Shown: one piece after another, positions 47,640-60,099 of the stretch
How the letters are laid out: every line of letters begins with the position of its first letter
Position numbering within the stretch: the stretch's first letter is position 1
NCBI GenBank assembly: GCA_030704615.1
Contig: CM060733.1
Coordinates: 12,896,001-12,960,000 of the forward strand
Source: Takakia lepidozioides
Lineage: Eukaryota > Plantae > Bryophyta
Direction of reading: 5' to 3'
Length of the DNA: 64,000 nt
Notes under the pieces: generated by a model
The model's database searches: none
The model's input: only the letters and a program-made list of their open reading frames with translations
Told to the model about the DNA's origin: nothing
Translations under genes and position numbers: made by a program

Positions 47640-49231
47640 GGTCACGGTGCCTGATTTTATCAACTGTGCTGCTGCTGCTTCCAGGTGACCATCTAGCCAT
47701 GCCGGTTTCTTGTAGCTATCAACCCACAGGGAATCATAGGTAAACTTGTGCTTGATATCCGGCCCTCTTCGATGAATCTGGACCCACACTCTGTCCCTGC
47801 TCCCTCAGCTATCCCTGCCTCTATATAAATCATGCATACATCCTTGCCTTGCTGCTAGCGGTGGACAAAGACAGCCTAGATTTGTTCTAGCAAACACCCC
47901 AACCCTACTCATAACACACTAGTTCCTCTGCTGAATTGCGTCTGCTTCTCTCTCTAACATAACAGGCATTCACCTTTTTGCGTCGATTGTCTTGACTGGG
48001 GTCGGAAAAACATTCCTTCGAAAGCTTCTCCTCATTTCTGTTATCTGTTTTTGGATACTTCCCTGTTGCCACAATGGCAGTAACATGACAAATTAAATCC
48101 AAACCACTATAGATCCACCCAATGAGCTAACTTGCAGAATCCAACATGAAAAATTAGGGTCGGCACTGATAAGAGGGAAAAACAGGCTGAAATGTGCTGA
48201 AGAAGAAGGTGCCCTCACCACTTTGTCCTTGACCTTGTGTCATGGCAGCTAGCTTTTCTTTCCACCATGAAGGATTCGACCGACCAACAACCCAAGAGGA
48301 CCTCTTGTGTGTGCTGCTTGTGTCTGTAGTCAGGTAAACTCGGATTGGTCTGTGAGGAGAACCACCACTGTGCAGCTGAGCAGCCATAGATTTAAACTCG
48401 GTCTCATAGGACCAAGCTGACCCTCCCAAGGACCTTGCAAACTCCCAGGAAAAATACCGCATCGTGATACTAGCAGGAAGGGCCCACATTTGCAGGATGG
48501 ACAAACTTCTTCACATCGAATATTAATTAGGCCACACCTGGCGATTGCGTTTGTCCCACCATTGAGAAGGATATCTAAAGAACTCGTGCCAGCTCTGCTC
48601 CATGCTCTACAGTAGACCTTTGTGCCCGAAATTCCGACAGCATCAACATTTTGACAAGTTCCCTTCTGTGCTAGTGCTCTTTGAACAACGCTCATGCAAG
48701 TCACTTTGGGCTCCATTGGACAAACATGTGCAAACTTTCACAGATGCTAAACCAACTTACGTCTGTAATCTGGAGATTTTGGAGTGGTGTGTGAAAACGA
48801 CCATGGAGCAGCTGAGCAGCCACAGTCTCAACCCTCCCACGTACATTGCAAACTCCAGGGAAAGACCTTGCGCATCCTACTTTCATGCCCTGCTCAGGAA
48901 GAACAACCTCGATACGGACAGTTAAAGCAGTTTCTGCAGACCAAAGGAAGATTATGACTTCACTCAACAACGGTACGATCAGTCCACACAATACGATCAT
49001 ACTAGAGCTCCATCAACCTCCCTCTTCTCATCCTACATGAAGGAAAGCATACTGCCAATATATCGGCTGCCCATACATATAAGCGCTACTTGGGCAAATT
49101 TGGATGGTGGGTGAGGCATGTAAGATACAATTTTTTGGGTTGCGTTCTATGATGGAGACAAAAGAGGTGCGAGATGATTGTATAAAACGGGCTTTTTTCC
49201 CCTAAATAATTCCAAATGAAGTTCTTACCAC

Positions 49232-50148
49232 CAGTGTTGGACTGGTATCACCAAAATATGATACCAGACGGGTCCTCTATCACAAGGGCCATATTTCCCA
49301 AGACTGGTATGGTCCTCCTATTGGGGTAAGGGGCCGGGTAGGGTATATGGGGAGTATTTACAACGTAAATTTGTGGATGTATAGCAGTAGGGTATCAATA
49401 TTTGTTTTTTTCCATCTCATATTAGGGAATATGAATATTGCCAGGGTAGTATATGGAATATTGAAGATATTCAAGAGATTCAATAACCTGAAGAAAAAAA
49501 TTGATCGGCTTCAAACTGGATCACAATTACAACACAATGCACACATACAACACCAGAATTGAACTCACACACATTGCCCATTGAGTATAAAAAAGATGCG
49601 ATAAGATGCTACGTTCATATAATGGACTGCCTCATGACTCAAAATGCCTTCCTAGGCTTCTACTACAACTCAAACATTGATTCATGCAGGCTGGGAATAG
49701 AACATGATATGAGTGCCAAGCCTTCATTCAAAATTGAGGCACCAATCCCACTCAAGCTCAAAGATAGATTGCTTGAAAACCCAAAAACCCCATAATTGAG
49801 CCCCCACTGTGCTAATGCCAACAAAGAAGCGGAAAGAGGGAGACTAATAATCGCCAACGAAAGGTCCACGATCCGAACGACCCGAATTTTCTTGCCTTAA
49901 CTCCACACATACACCTACTGTGCCATTTGGAGGCTCACATTGCAGCAATACTGGAATCAACGGCAATCTCATCCATAGCAATACCAGACATGTATGGTAT
50001 ACACCACAATATGGAGAGAGGTATGTATTGCCCCTAATATGGTATTGCCCGGGGTATTGGCCACCCTACCAGCCGGGTATGGTCTTACCTACCCGGGTTA
50101 ATATCAGTATTGATACCCAGGTTGGACCTATATATTGGTCCAGCACTA
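49232..50148. mobile_element. hAT MITE
   Basis: TIRs CAGTGTTGGAC / GTCCAGCACTA. GTTCTTA(C/T) occurs on both flanks, offset by 3 bp on the left. GGTAT/ATACC subterminal motifs. Confidence 0.7.
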
Positions 50149-50374
50149 GTTCTTATAGGGCCACTGTCACTTGTTGAAAAAAAAAAAAAACAGACATCTA
50201 TTTGTTAGGCCTATGTTGCGTGTTGTTGGTAAGTATCTACACTTAGGTAGTATTAGTGGAGCAATAATAGTCAATTACTAGTTAGACATTGTATTTGTGG
50301 GTCGCCTAGTGGTTGGGTGTTTGTGTCTTGTTTATACAAGATAGGGTTCAAATGTCTACCTCTAACGAAAAGCG

Positions 50375-53300
50375 GTAGTCCTATGATGGCTCATGCTTAC
50401 CTGACCGTAGTATCTCCTCTTTCATCTATGATGTCACAAATTCATTACTTGGTATGCCAACCATCCAGGGTTACCTATATCTCATAAGTACTCAATGGTT
50501 TATACAATGGTCCCGTAAACCCGTTCCGTCAACCCGCGGTACTATGTATATGCAGACTGGTCACTTAGGCCTAGATAGGTGGTCTATCACCTAAACTTGT
50601 CATGCTCTGTATAACTAGTTAAACAAGTACCTCGAGTACAAGGTCTTTGGACAACTGTTATTGGGTGTCATGTTGGTGTGTAAAGTGTTGGATGTGTACA
50701 TGATGTTGAATGTATGAGCTCTGTAGGATGTTAGATCTGTTCCTCTGCACGTTTCTTTCCCTTGCTATTGCAAGCTCCGATTTTCCGGACTATTCCCCCT
50801 TTCACCATGTGCCATCACGGAGAGGATAAACAACTCTAATCCTAGCACAAATTGTGATGGGGACTTGTCGGGTAGCAGCGCATTACATTGATTATTGTGT
50901 GAAGTGGTTTTCATACTAGTGAGATTAATAAAACTAGCTAGTTTAATATGAGTGTGAAACTAGCTAGGAATAACTAGTTTCTACGTAGTGACACTTGGGA
51001 TTGGCCCAAGTATCAAGACATTAGACATTTTTAGGCACCTGGGTGTGATTATCCTCACGGGAGTCACGGTAAGGCTCAGCTTTCTTGAGTTGAGCCTCCC
51101 GCGTTTGGCTATGGCACTGCAATGTAGATTTCCCATAGCTTAGGGTGTACTTGGCTTTAATGATTGAAATGCAAAAGTTCATGTTGATTTTCTGTTTCAT
51201 TTCATTGGGATGGGCTTTTATGGCTACTATTTGTATGTGTTTTGTGGATTGGAAGTGATGTAGTAGTGTAGCGATATGTATGCGCACGTCAATGCTAAAC
51301 CAGACGTTCGCTAGTGGGACTTTCCAAGTGCTTGAGAAATAAGATTGTATACTATATCTCTACTCACCGGTATGTGAATGACAAGATGTACTCGTGAGAA
51401 TGTGCCTTGTTATTTGGAGGTGCCACCACGGAATTAGTTGAATGCTTTATTAGAACACTTTCATTGTTCATTGTATGCTAACCACTTGGGGATCAAGAAG
51501 ACGGTGGCTCGTATACAAGAGGTCTTCTATTGGAAGGAATTCATATGGATGTCATGACATTAAAGTGTAAATGGTGCCGTGCTAATATGGCTCTTCCTCG
51601 GGCTCAAGTTTCAAACTTTCATATGAGATACAATCCTTACCTATCACCATGTTTTTGCTCGTCTAGGGATTGACTTTGTAGGACCTTGCACTCACGTCAA
51701 CGGGTCATAGCCACCTTTGTGTTGCTACAGATTACTTGAGCAAGTGGATAAAAGTATGTCCTTTCAGTGCCAAACGTAGCAATGCTATGGCTCAATTCTT
51801 GTTTGATGAGATCATTCTACGTCATGGATCCTCATGTACCAAGGTAATGAGTTCTGTAATTAGCTACTCACAGTTATATGCTTCAATTTTGGTGTGAAGC
51901 ACATGACTGCAGCTCATTACCACCAGCCTCAAACATCCAACGGTCTCAGCTGCAAGCATTTTAATCAAACTCTTTGTTGAATGTTGGAGAAGAACGGTGC
52001 ACTCACATAGGAGTGGGATACTTTTTTGCCCCCTCTACTCTTTGTTTATTACACCGTCGTGCATGCTTGTACGAAAAAGACGCCCTTTGAATTGTTGTTT
52101 GGGCGGTCTTGTGTGTTCCGTTGCATTCCTCACCTCTGATTTCTACTGTTTCTACTCTCGTAGATCTTGCTACTTTTTTAGATGAGCTGCATGCTAGACA
52201 CGTGGTTGCCATCCATGATGCATAGAGTAGTATTGCCAAAGCTTAGGTTACCCAGGCTATAAACTTTAACAAACGCGTCAAAGTATTCCAACATGTGTCA
52301 GGTGGGACAGACTGTGTGCCTTAGATTGCAGCATGGCATGCATGTATGCAAGTCTAAACTGAGGATCGACGGCCCGTATTTGCTGTACCAACTTTAGCCA
52401 CGGTATGCGTGTGTTGCTTTTGCCACAAGGTGCCAACCTGAAGGCTCATGACGATCATGGGCGCCAATGATTCCTCCTGGTAGAAGAAGACCGAGTCTGG
52501 GTTCTGATCTTTCCACATACGTACGGATTGTGCATTGTCCGTGTGCTTTTTGAAGGTCTGTCAGGCTCGTTTTTCAGTGAGGTTTCGGACATCTTGCTCG
52601 AGGAGAAAGTCGTCGTGTGTCCATGCTTCTCCCAAGCCAGTGTTTTGTGTTCAATCATGACTTGCGCGACACTCAAGCCTTGGGACAAGCATTCCATGAT
52701 CCACTTTTTCACCTTACAGATTTGGTCCATTCTGAGCTTGTATTTGACTTGATTTGCATCAACATACAAGGGCGCACTGTGGGATGACTTCTTTGTAGTT
52801 CTAATCTGTTTTTCCCAATACTTGTTCTGAATTTCCAGCTTTACTTTTGATATTCAGTCTAGCTTTTACAGATCAAGTTTATTTCGATCTTGTTTTTCTT
52901 CTTAGCTTAAGTAGTTAGAGAGTATATGATGCACATCATATGTACTCTATGCAAAGGTTTTTAATCCTGGGGCTTTATAGGTGCCAGGTTTTCCCTTAAA
53001 AGATTTTTAATCCTGCAGTGGAGGGTGTATCTCATGAGATTAGCTTTGTTACATTTGTTCTTGCTTAACTCGCGAAGCTTGGATCATCGAGGGGGGCATA
53101 TCTTCATAGTTGTGATTGCTCATGCTTATCTGGCCGCATTGTCTCCTCTTTTATCTATGATGTAACAGATTCATTACTTGGTATTGTAGGCAGTTATAGA
53201 TTGTTGTTAAACCATTAAAAACTGATCATAGATATAGGTAAAAACCCTAGATGGTTGGCTCCATCTGAGCCGTTCCATCAACCCACGGTATGGATTGATA

Positions 53301-53605
53301 GTTATGCCGGCTGGCCACTTAGGCCTAGACATATGGTCTGTCACCTAAATCTGTCATGCTCTCTGTATAAGTTAGGCAGTACCTTGAGTAATAGCTGACC
53401 TATTTGGACAGATGTTCTTGGGTGTAATTCTATTGTGCAAAGAGTGTTGGATGTATACATGATCTTCAATATATGAGCTCTTTAGGCAGTTAGAATTATT
53501 GCTCTGCGAGTTTTTTTCCCCTGCTCGTTGCAAGCTTTTGACTATTCCCCCTTTCACCATGGCGCAGAGAGGATAAGCAATTATGCTCCCAGCACAAATG
53601 GTAAA
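50375..53605 (+). mobile_element. Deleted Ty3/gypsy element: two ~480-bp LTR-like direct repeats flanking an integrase remnant, with nested insertions
   Basis: ~50385-50860 resembles ~53113-53600. Purine tract GAGGGGGGCA at ~53090 precedes the second copy. Integrase motifs HLGIKKT...VFYW, FARLGIDFVGP, VATDYLSKW, AQFLFDEIILRHG and QGNEFCN in 51470-51950. Confidence 0.75.
52455..52790 (-). mobile_element. Mutator-like (MULE) transposase fragment
   Basis: VKKWIMECLSQGLSVAQVM, then a frameshift into DDFLLEQDVRNL...FKKHTDDAQSVRMWKDQNPDSVFFYQE, which resembles the pre-DDE region of MULE/SWIM transposases. Confidence 0.6.
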
Positions 53606-55266
53606 CTTCACAGTCCTTCAAGGAAACACTATAATATATACTTCTTCCGGGAGGGTTTTTTTTTTTTTTGGGTCATGTTCTTCTTGGTTTTCTGAAATAG
53701 GAGGAAATGTCCACAACTATTGCTGCATCATGCTTAACTTACGGTATTATTTCACTTTTAAAAAAAATCTTGTTTTCGTTTTGGAAAGTTCACACTTTCT
53801 AACGCCCATAATCGAGGCAACCTTCCCCCAAGACTAAAAAGTCAGATACTTTACCCACCAGTTGACCTAATTGTGATGGGTCACTTCCAACCTACATGGC
53901 TTTGAACTTTGAACTTTGAACCCACGACTACTTGTAAGGTGGCCTTGTGCTCTAACTGTTGGGCCATCTGTTGGATATCTTTCTTCCCAATAAAAAATGA
54001 TTTGACTCCATTGATTGGTCTTTATCTTTCCATTTGCAGTGTTATGAGGTGATGGTCATTTATATGTTATGTATAATGCCTTGGATTTCTTCCAACTCAT
54101 AAGCTCTTGATGTGTCGGTTTCTATAGATGAGGTGGATCACAAAAACCTCATGTTGTTGTTAGTTTTGGGAGCTTGCTAATCTGTAATAGACCATGGGGA
54201 AGGGAGATGGGTGGCAGCTAATAGATCAGTTGGGTGAAAAGTTGGGATGATGGAACAAATGACGTTAGAACTTAGTGCAAGGTTTGAATTGCTGGTATGA
54301 GGTTTTATGCATTATGTGGAAGTTGGGACCATTTGAAGAACACATGGGAGAGTAGGAAGAGGGGCCACACAAAAACCCTATGGAGTAGACTCAACAAATT
54401 CTTGGCTTATCATGTACAGCTTGATAAACATTACGAAAAATAAGTACATCGGGAACAAAACAAAATTGACCTTACCATCTCTCGCTTCTTAAATTGGACA
54501 GTCTTTTTTTTAGTTGTTTATGTATGGAAAGCTTGTAGTCATTTGGATGTTCACAATCCTTCTAGGATAAATATAATATTGGATTGGCTATGGCCCATAG
54601 CTATGGCTCATAGCTATGGCTGATGTTTTTTTCTCGCATATGAATGATTTATTTAGTTGTTACATTTGTATAAACTTAGTTGGCTAATGGATGACATCCA
54701 AAATAACTACAATTCTTATAGGCCCACCCCCAAAAGGGGCAGTTGCCGCAAGTGAGGTGGCTATTAGTACATAACTAACTGCATATATGTAGGAAACAAA
54801 TCATACAAAGAATTAGGTAATTTTGGGTCTCTATCACCTCAAACAAACTTAGAGAAATCCACTCTGAAAATTGGGATGATTACAACTATGTAGTAGAGGA
54901 CAAAAACAAACCCTAGTAGTTTTTTTAGGGGAAAAGATTATTTTGGAGCACATTCTTTAGCGACCAGATCGACCTTCCACCAGTTTTCAGTTGTAGGTGC
55001 CACACCGAGAGGGCTGCAAAACCGCAAAAATCAAGGATGGTCCGCCCAAATTTTTTGTTGCAGGCTAAATCCATGGAATCTACAAATATACAATGGTGAG
55101 TAGGTACGAGGAAACGTCCCTGAATTTTGTGTGGCCTCGTCGGAATGAGGATGCATGGTATAGAGGAGACCGGGACTTGGACAGCCGGCCCAACCACATT
55201 TCAACCCTCTCCATTATCCTATTTCTATGTTATTCTAGTAATGATTGAAGGTCGGAGACTAGTTTT

Positions 55267-55600
55267 AGAATGTACTCATAAGACATTGTTTGCCATAACC
55301 TTGTGGCCATTGACCCCGCGCCTAGTTTGAGCGGAACACAAAAGGACAGAACCTACCTTTGTCAGGTGTTGACGCCGGTAATAAGACTTATTTTGGAAAA
55401 GACAATTGATCCGGGTTTTTCCATATATCATCTTAAAATCCCTTCACACAAGCTTTGGCTTAGCCTCGAGACCTTCAAAGTTGGTAAAGATACAGACACA
55501 ATTTCCTTGATAGTTTTGAGGAATGTAATGTCTCTCTGCTGAGAGAACCACGGACAACGAATCAGAAAATGGATATTGTATTGATCAGGTTACCCACACA
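55267..55600 (-). mobile_element. 5'-truncated LINE (3' ~330 bp), same family as 2991-4480
   Basis: Same 3' terminal motif, plus shared AAATCCCTTCACACAAGC and TCAGAAAATGGATATT (IHFL of the knuckle). Confidence 0.8.
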
Positions 55601-56124
55601 ACAGGTATTTGCACTCTCCCTTTCTTCTCTGCTTTTGTTTGTTGTTCAAAGGTAGGCTTTAGTCTAGTGCCGAGAGTGGGTAGACCCTTGAGGAGTAGAT
55701 GCACAGTTGAACTGACCAAAAGCAGCAGATGTGGGTCCACAGGAGTCCATGAAACTGCACTGCGGGATGACGGGTTGAGAACTGCCAGCTGGCGGTTTCA
55801 GCCAATCGTGTCCAATAGGAGTGGCCTGCATGACCGGCGCCACCGCCTGCTCTGGTCATACGTATTCCCACCTCCTCTGTTTTTTCATGCACCTGACTTC
55901 CCCACACTTCTGTGCAAAGATCCGTGCTATCTGTGAAGACAGGGATGTTATTGATTGTAGGTAAAATGACAGACCTATTTTTCCAAAGCCCTGATGCTCA
56001 TGTGCAGTTGCAAAGATAAGATAAAATTAGCTTCAGTATTATTGTAAGAGTGTACAGTACTGCACGTCGCATGATCGTTGCTTGGTTATAGTGTATTTGA
56101 GTTGAACATTATTGGTCATAGAGG

Positions 56125-57140
56125 AATATGTCTACAAATACCTCAATGTGGAGTGGTCTGAGAAGGCATTCATCTTGAGTGCAAGTCAACAGTCTGGTGA
56201 GAAAGCAACGATAAAACGACTAGTGAAGGTAGAGCCATGTATTAACACCGCCTGACATTATTTTTGATGAAAAGTCGTGAGTCGTGAGCTGTTTGCAAAG
56301 AAGTACAGTCTGTGCAATGAAGGCATCCCTCTGAGAAGTTTGAAGGTAGATAGGGATTGTACAGAGGACAAAGTTACAATCTCTTTGGACCTTTAGTGAA
56401 TAAAAACGGGTACAACTACTTACACAATCCGGATGACATAGAGCTTATAACTAGGTTTGAGGAACTATACATGATAACCCACCAAAGGCGAGTTGTGCCA
56501 GTTTCTCGTCTTGCTAACAAAACGATAGTTCGAGGTATTGTCAGTGAGAGAAGGAATAGGAAAGTAAATTGGGCTGTGTTTGCAGAGATTACAAACAGAG
56601 AGGCATTGCGCAAAATACAGACCCAAGAGGCACTTGGAGCCATAAATCGTAGCTTGTCTCTGGGTCAACCATTGGAGGAAGGCGACATTGAACCTGCAGA
56701 GCTTACACCACTATCAGCCGTCTATGCAACAAATGACAGAGCCACTACATTTCAGTCGAGACCAGACGTCTATTCCAAAATGGAAGACTTCGTCAGAGGG
56801 AATGTCGAGGGCATTGAGCAATGGCGAGATCTTCTGTCTTCTTTGGACATAGAGCTAAAACTGTCCTCGGAGTCTCTTGAAAGGTTCAAAATGGCAAGAG
56901 AGAAGTCTCAAGAAGATTTGATCAGAGTCAACTCTAAAATGCAAGATCGTCAAGAGTTACTTTCGAATGCAAACTTGAAGCTCGACTTGCTACTTAAGGA
57001 GCATGAGGCTGAAACCCTGAAGACGAGCGCATTTCCTTGTACTGACACTGAGACATAAGAACAAGTTTCATGCTGTCGTACGGTGGAAAACATGCATCGA
57101 AGGATTGAGTCCCAGAATCCACCACCCTCCAAGGTGTAAG
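56125..57140 (+). pseudogene. Unknown, probably TE-associated protein with a C-terminal coiled coil (frameshifted N-terminus)
   Basis: 233-codon open frame 56357-57058 with protein-like composition (VNWAVFAE motif, heptad-rich C-terminus). It starts at TTG, and the upstream coding-like block with a GT donor at ~56228 is not in frame. Confidence 0.4.
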
Positions 57141-58129
57141 TATGTTAGAAGGTGTCCATGAGCACTACTTCTCAGGCACAATGTCCAATTGTCAAACGTC
57201 GATGACAACATCTCAACACAAAACAGAAGAACCTTGATGCCCCAAGGATGTAGGATTTCTGAAACCTTTTATAGAATAAAATCACCTTCTCGAGGCCCAT
57301 CAATACAATACCACGGAAGAGGTTCTAGAGGAAACTTAGGCTTTGGCTGGAAATGTGCATCTGAGGCATTTCCACATATGCTCAAATCTGTCGTAGCAAA
57401 GAACAAAAATTCAAGTTTGATATCTTGAGCACTGAAGTATTCTTCATCGTTATCAAGAATCTGCATCGCAATGATTAAATAAAACTCACCCAGAGTACAC
57501 ACTCAGGCTGTATACAACAGAGCGCACAGGAGGACAGTAGAAGAGAGAGAGCTCGAAAGCAAAATTCAAAATCGCGTTTTCACATTATTATTTAAACAAA
57601 AACAAAATAAAAATGAAAAACCGACACGTCAGCTGGTATGGTACTGTGTCGACCCAGAGTTTTCCAACGGATTAGTCCATGTAGCAACAGGCCATTGTAC
57701 AACATCCTTTCTTACACCCTTTTTAGTAACAGGAACCACCCCTAAAATTAAAAACACAATACACCATGGACTTTTGCAAAAACCTCCATTTTTGGAACAT
57801 ATATTAGTCCATAGGTGTCAAATAGCAAATGATTTTGCCACTTCAAGTTATATATATATGTATAACTCTGATGTCCAAATGATGCCCTTTGATGTCCAAA
57901 TTTCAATGGAATTCACTAATGGCACATACATTTTTGAGTTCCATGTGTTTCCAAACAGTCCACCGTTGTTGTCCTCAAAAGTCCATAGCTTTCTCATTTT
58001 TTATTGGATTGTCGATTGGATAGTTGCTATAGGTAGATATTGAAGCTAGGACTCCAATACCATATACATTTGTTGGTATTAATGATCATATTCAAAAATA
58101 TTGAAGACGGCATCAATTGCAGTCACAGA

Positions 58130-58990
58130 AAACTGTGCCGGCAACGTCCATTTTGGTCCACTCAACCCTGCATTCACCCTGAGGTCATCCATGATGTCCT
58201 CCCCCATGTCACAGATTGGAAACAAGTTCAGGGAAGTTCATTGGACAATTTCCTGGCAATAGACATGGCTTTGGACACTGTAGCCTCTAACTCAGATTTA
58301 TCCATTAGGGTCACGACTTGTGGATTGAGATGCAGATCCTTGAGAATCTCTTCTACTCTCTTCCGCCATAACTTAGTATGTTTGACAGGACGATCCTGTT
58401 TCCAAGATATAAAGTTGATTAACTTAGGATATCTAATGTTGGACATATGTTGCAGTTGACCCCACTATCTGACCTTGAATTCATCTCGTCTGGAGTTTAG
58501 AGAAGGGATACCAAACCCGAACAGCCACATTGGCTGTTTTGGAGCAAGCTGACATGCACTCCTTAAGCACCCCCATTTGAATGGATTCTAGGGACTTAAA
58601 AGTTAGCATGGTTGGAGTTATCAACCCATATTGTAGATGCGTACTCCAAAGTAGGTCTAATAACATGACAAACCATGGTTTTCTTGACCTCAGAGTTGAT
58701 CCCTCTACAGTGAAAAAATTTAGTGGGACGCAGTGCTTTGCGCTTGCCAGTTTGAACAACTTTCTGAACATGTGCATCCCAATTTCAGTTGGAGGAAAAC
58801 TCAACACCGATGAATGTATAGGAAGGGCGGATTGGGATCTCTTGGCTTTCCCACTGCCACTTGAGATCACCTCCTCCCTCTCCTCGAATGCCACCATAGC
58901 ACATTTACTGACATTAGTCTCTAGCCCCGAAAGGTCAAAGTATCTCTTCGCGCAATCAATCAACTCCGGGATATTGGAAGGAGTCTTTCC
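58130..58990 (-). mobile_element. Degenerate LINE RT C-terminal/thumb fragment
   Basis: LIDCAKRYFDLSGLETNVSKC (GLxxNxxK RT motif). KECMSACSKTANVAVR is homologous to KESMSKCCRTTNVTVR in the 2991-4480 copy. Confidence 0.7.
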
Positions 58991-60099
58991 TTTTAGAGTA
59001 CAGCAGGAATAGGGTGCCATAGTGCCATATCATCGTCCCTACGTCATCGTCATCTACACCATCACCGTCATTTATATTAACCCTAGTTACCTTAATAATC
59101 CTAGTTTTTTTTAATCCTAGTCTTTTAACCCTAATAACCCTAGTTTTTCCAATATACGATAGATTGGTGGTAAGAGAATGCCCAGCAATGGCTCACTAAA
59201 CTGCCACTCTATCAGTATGTTAGTGAGGCGGATGGTGAGGCAGACAAAGTAGATAGAGCGTGGGGCGGCAAGAGCCCCAGCAGCAAACCCCCATAACCAT
59301 AGTATAGTAATTGGTGCAGGCTCAGGTGACCATGGCCCTGCCGCCTGCCCTGCCACTCGTCATAATGTGTGAGGCTGAGTGATAGGTTGGGGGGTGGGGG
59401 GGGAATGCTACACACCAAATGGGCCTAAGAGAGCCCCGGAGTGGGACGAAACTTGGTGAGACTCACCATTTTGAAACGCCAGATTGTGCTGTGCTGCTGG
59501 GGATGCGCGATCTCGGCGGCAACGTTATTTTGATGATAGCGCGCCAAATAGAGCGCCTGCTGGGCATGTTCTAAGGCCAAGATAATAGTATGGCGGTAAG
59601 AGGATATTGCTACTAAGGTTATGGGCTCCATTTCTTGTTCATGGTAGGTGTTGATTTAGAGTAACTCCATGCAGGTAGTTTGTGGTTATTTGCATGGAGG
59701 TAGTTCAGCCTGTTTCCACAACTACCTTCATGCAGGAAATCATGCATGGAGAGAGTTGTAAATTTCCTAAGCCAAAAAAATCTAAATCCTTGCCCATGCC
59801 TCCGTTAATGAGGTGGTGGGCCCCACCGCGTGACCAGCATCGTTAGGCCGAGAAAACATAGGGTTTTAGCTGAGATCCAAAGTTTGCCCCCGATTCTCCT
59901 CTCAACAAGCATCCCCTCTCCAGCAAAAGCCATCCCTGTCCACCCCCTCTCTTGTCTAACCAGGGTTAGGTTTTGGGCAGCCTGGATCCACTGAAAATGA
60001 GTGGACATATTTATTGCTAAGAAATTACCAAAAAACTTAAGAACGAGTGTCTTGGAAGTCTGTATTTCATATTAAGCAAGGAAACATAACCTTGTGCGA

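Noticed and set aside
45217-47688. Several plus-strand ORFs and alternative-frame ORFs over the PPR gene
   Set aside because: Shadow frames of the repetitive PPR CDS.
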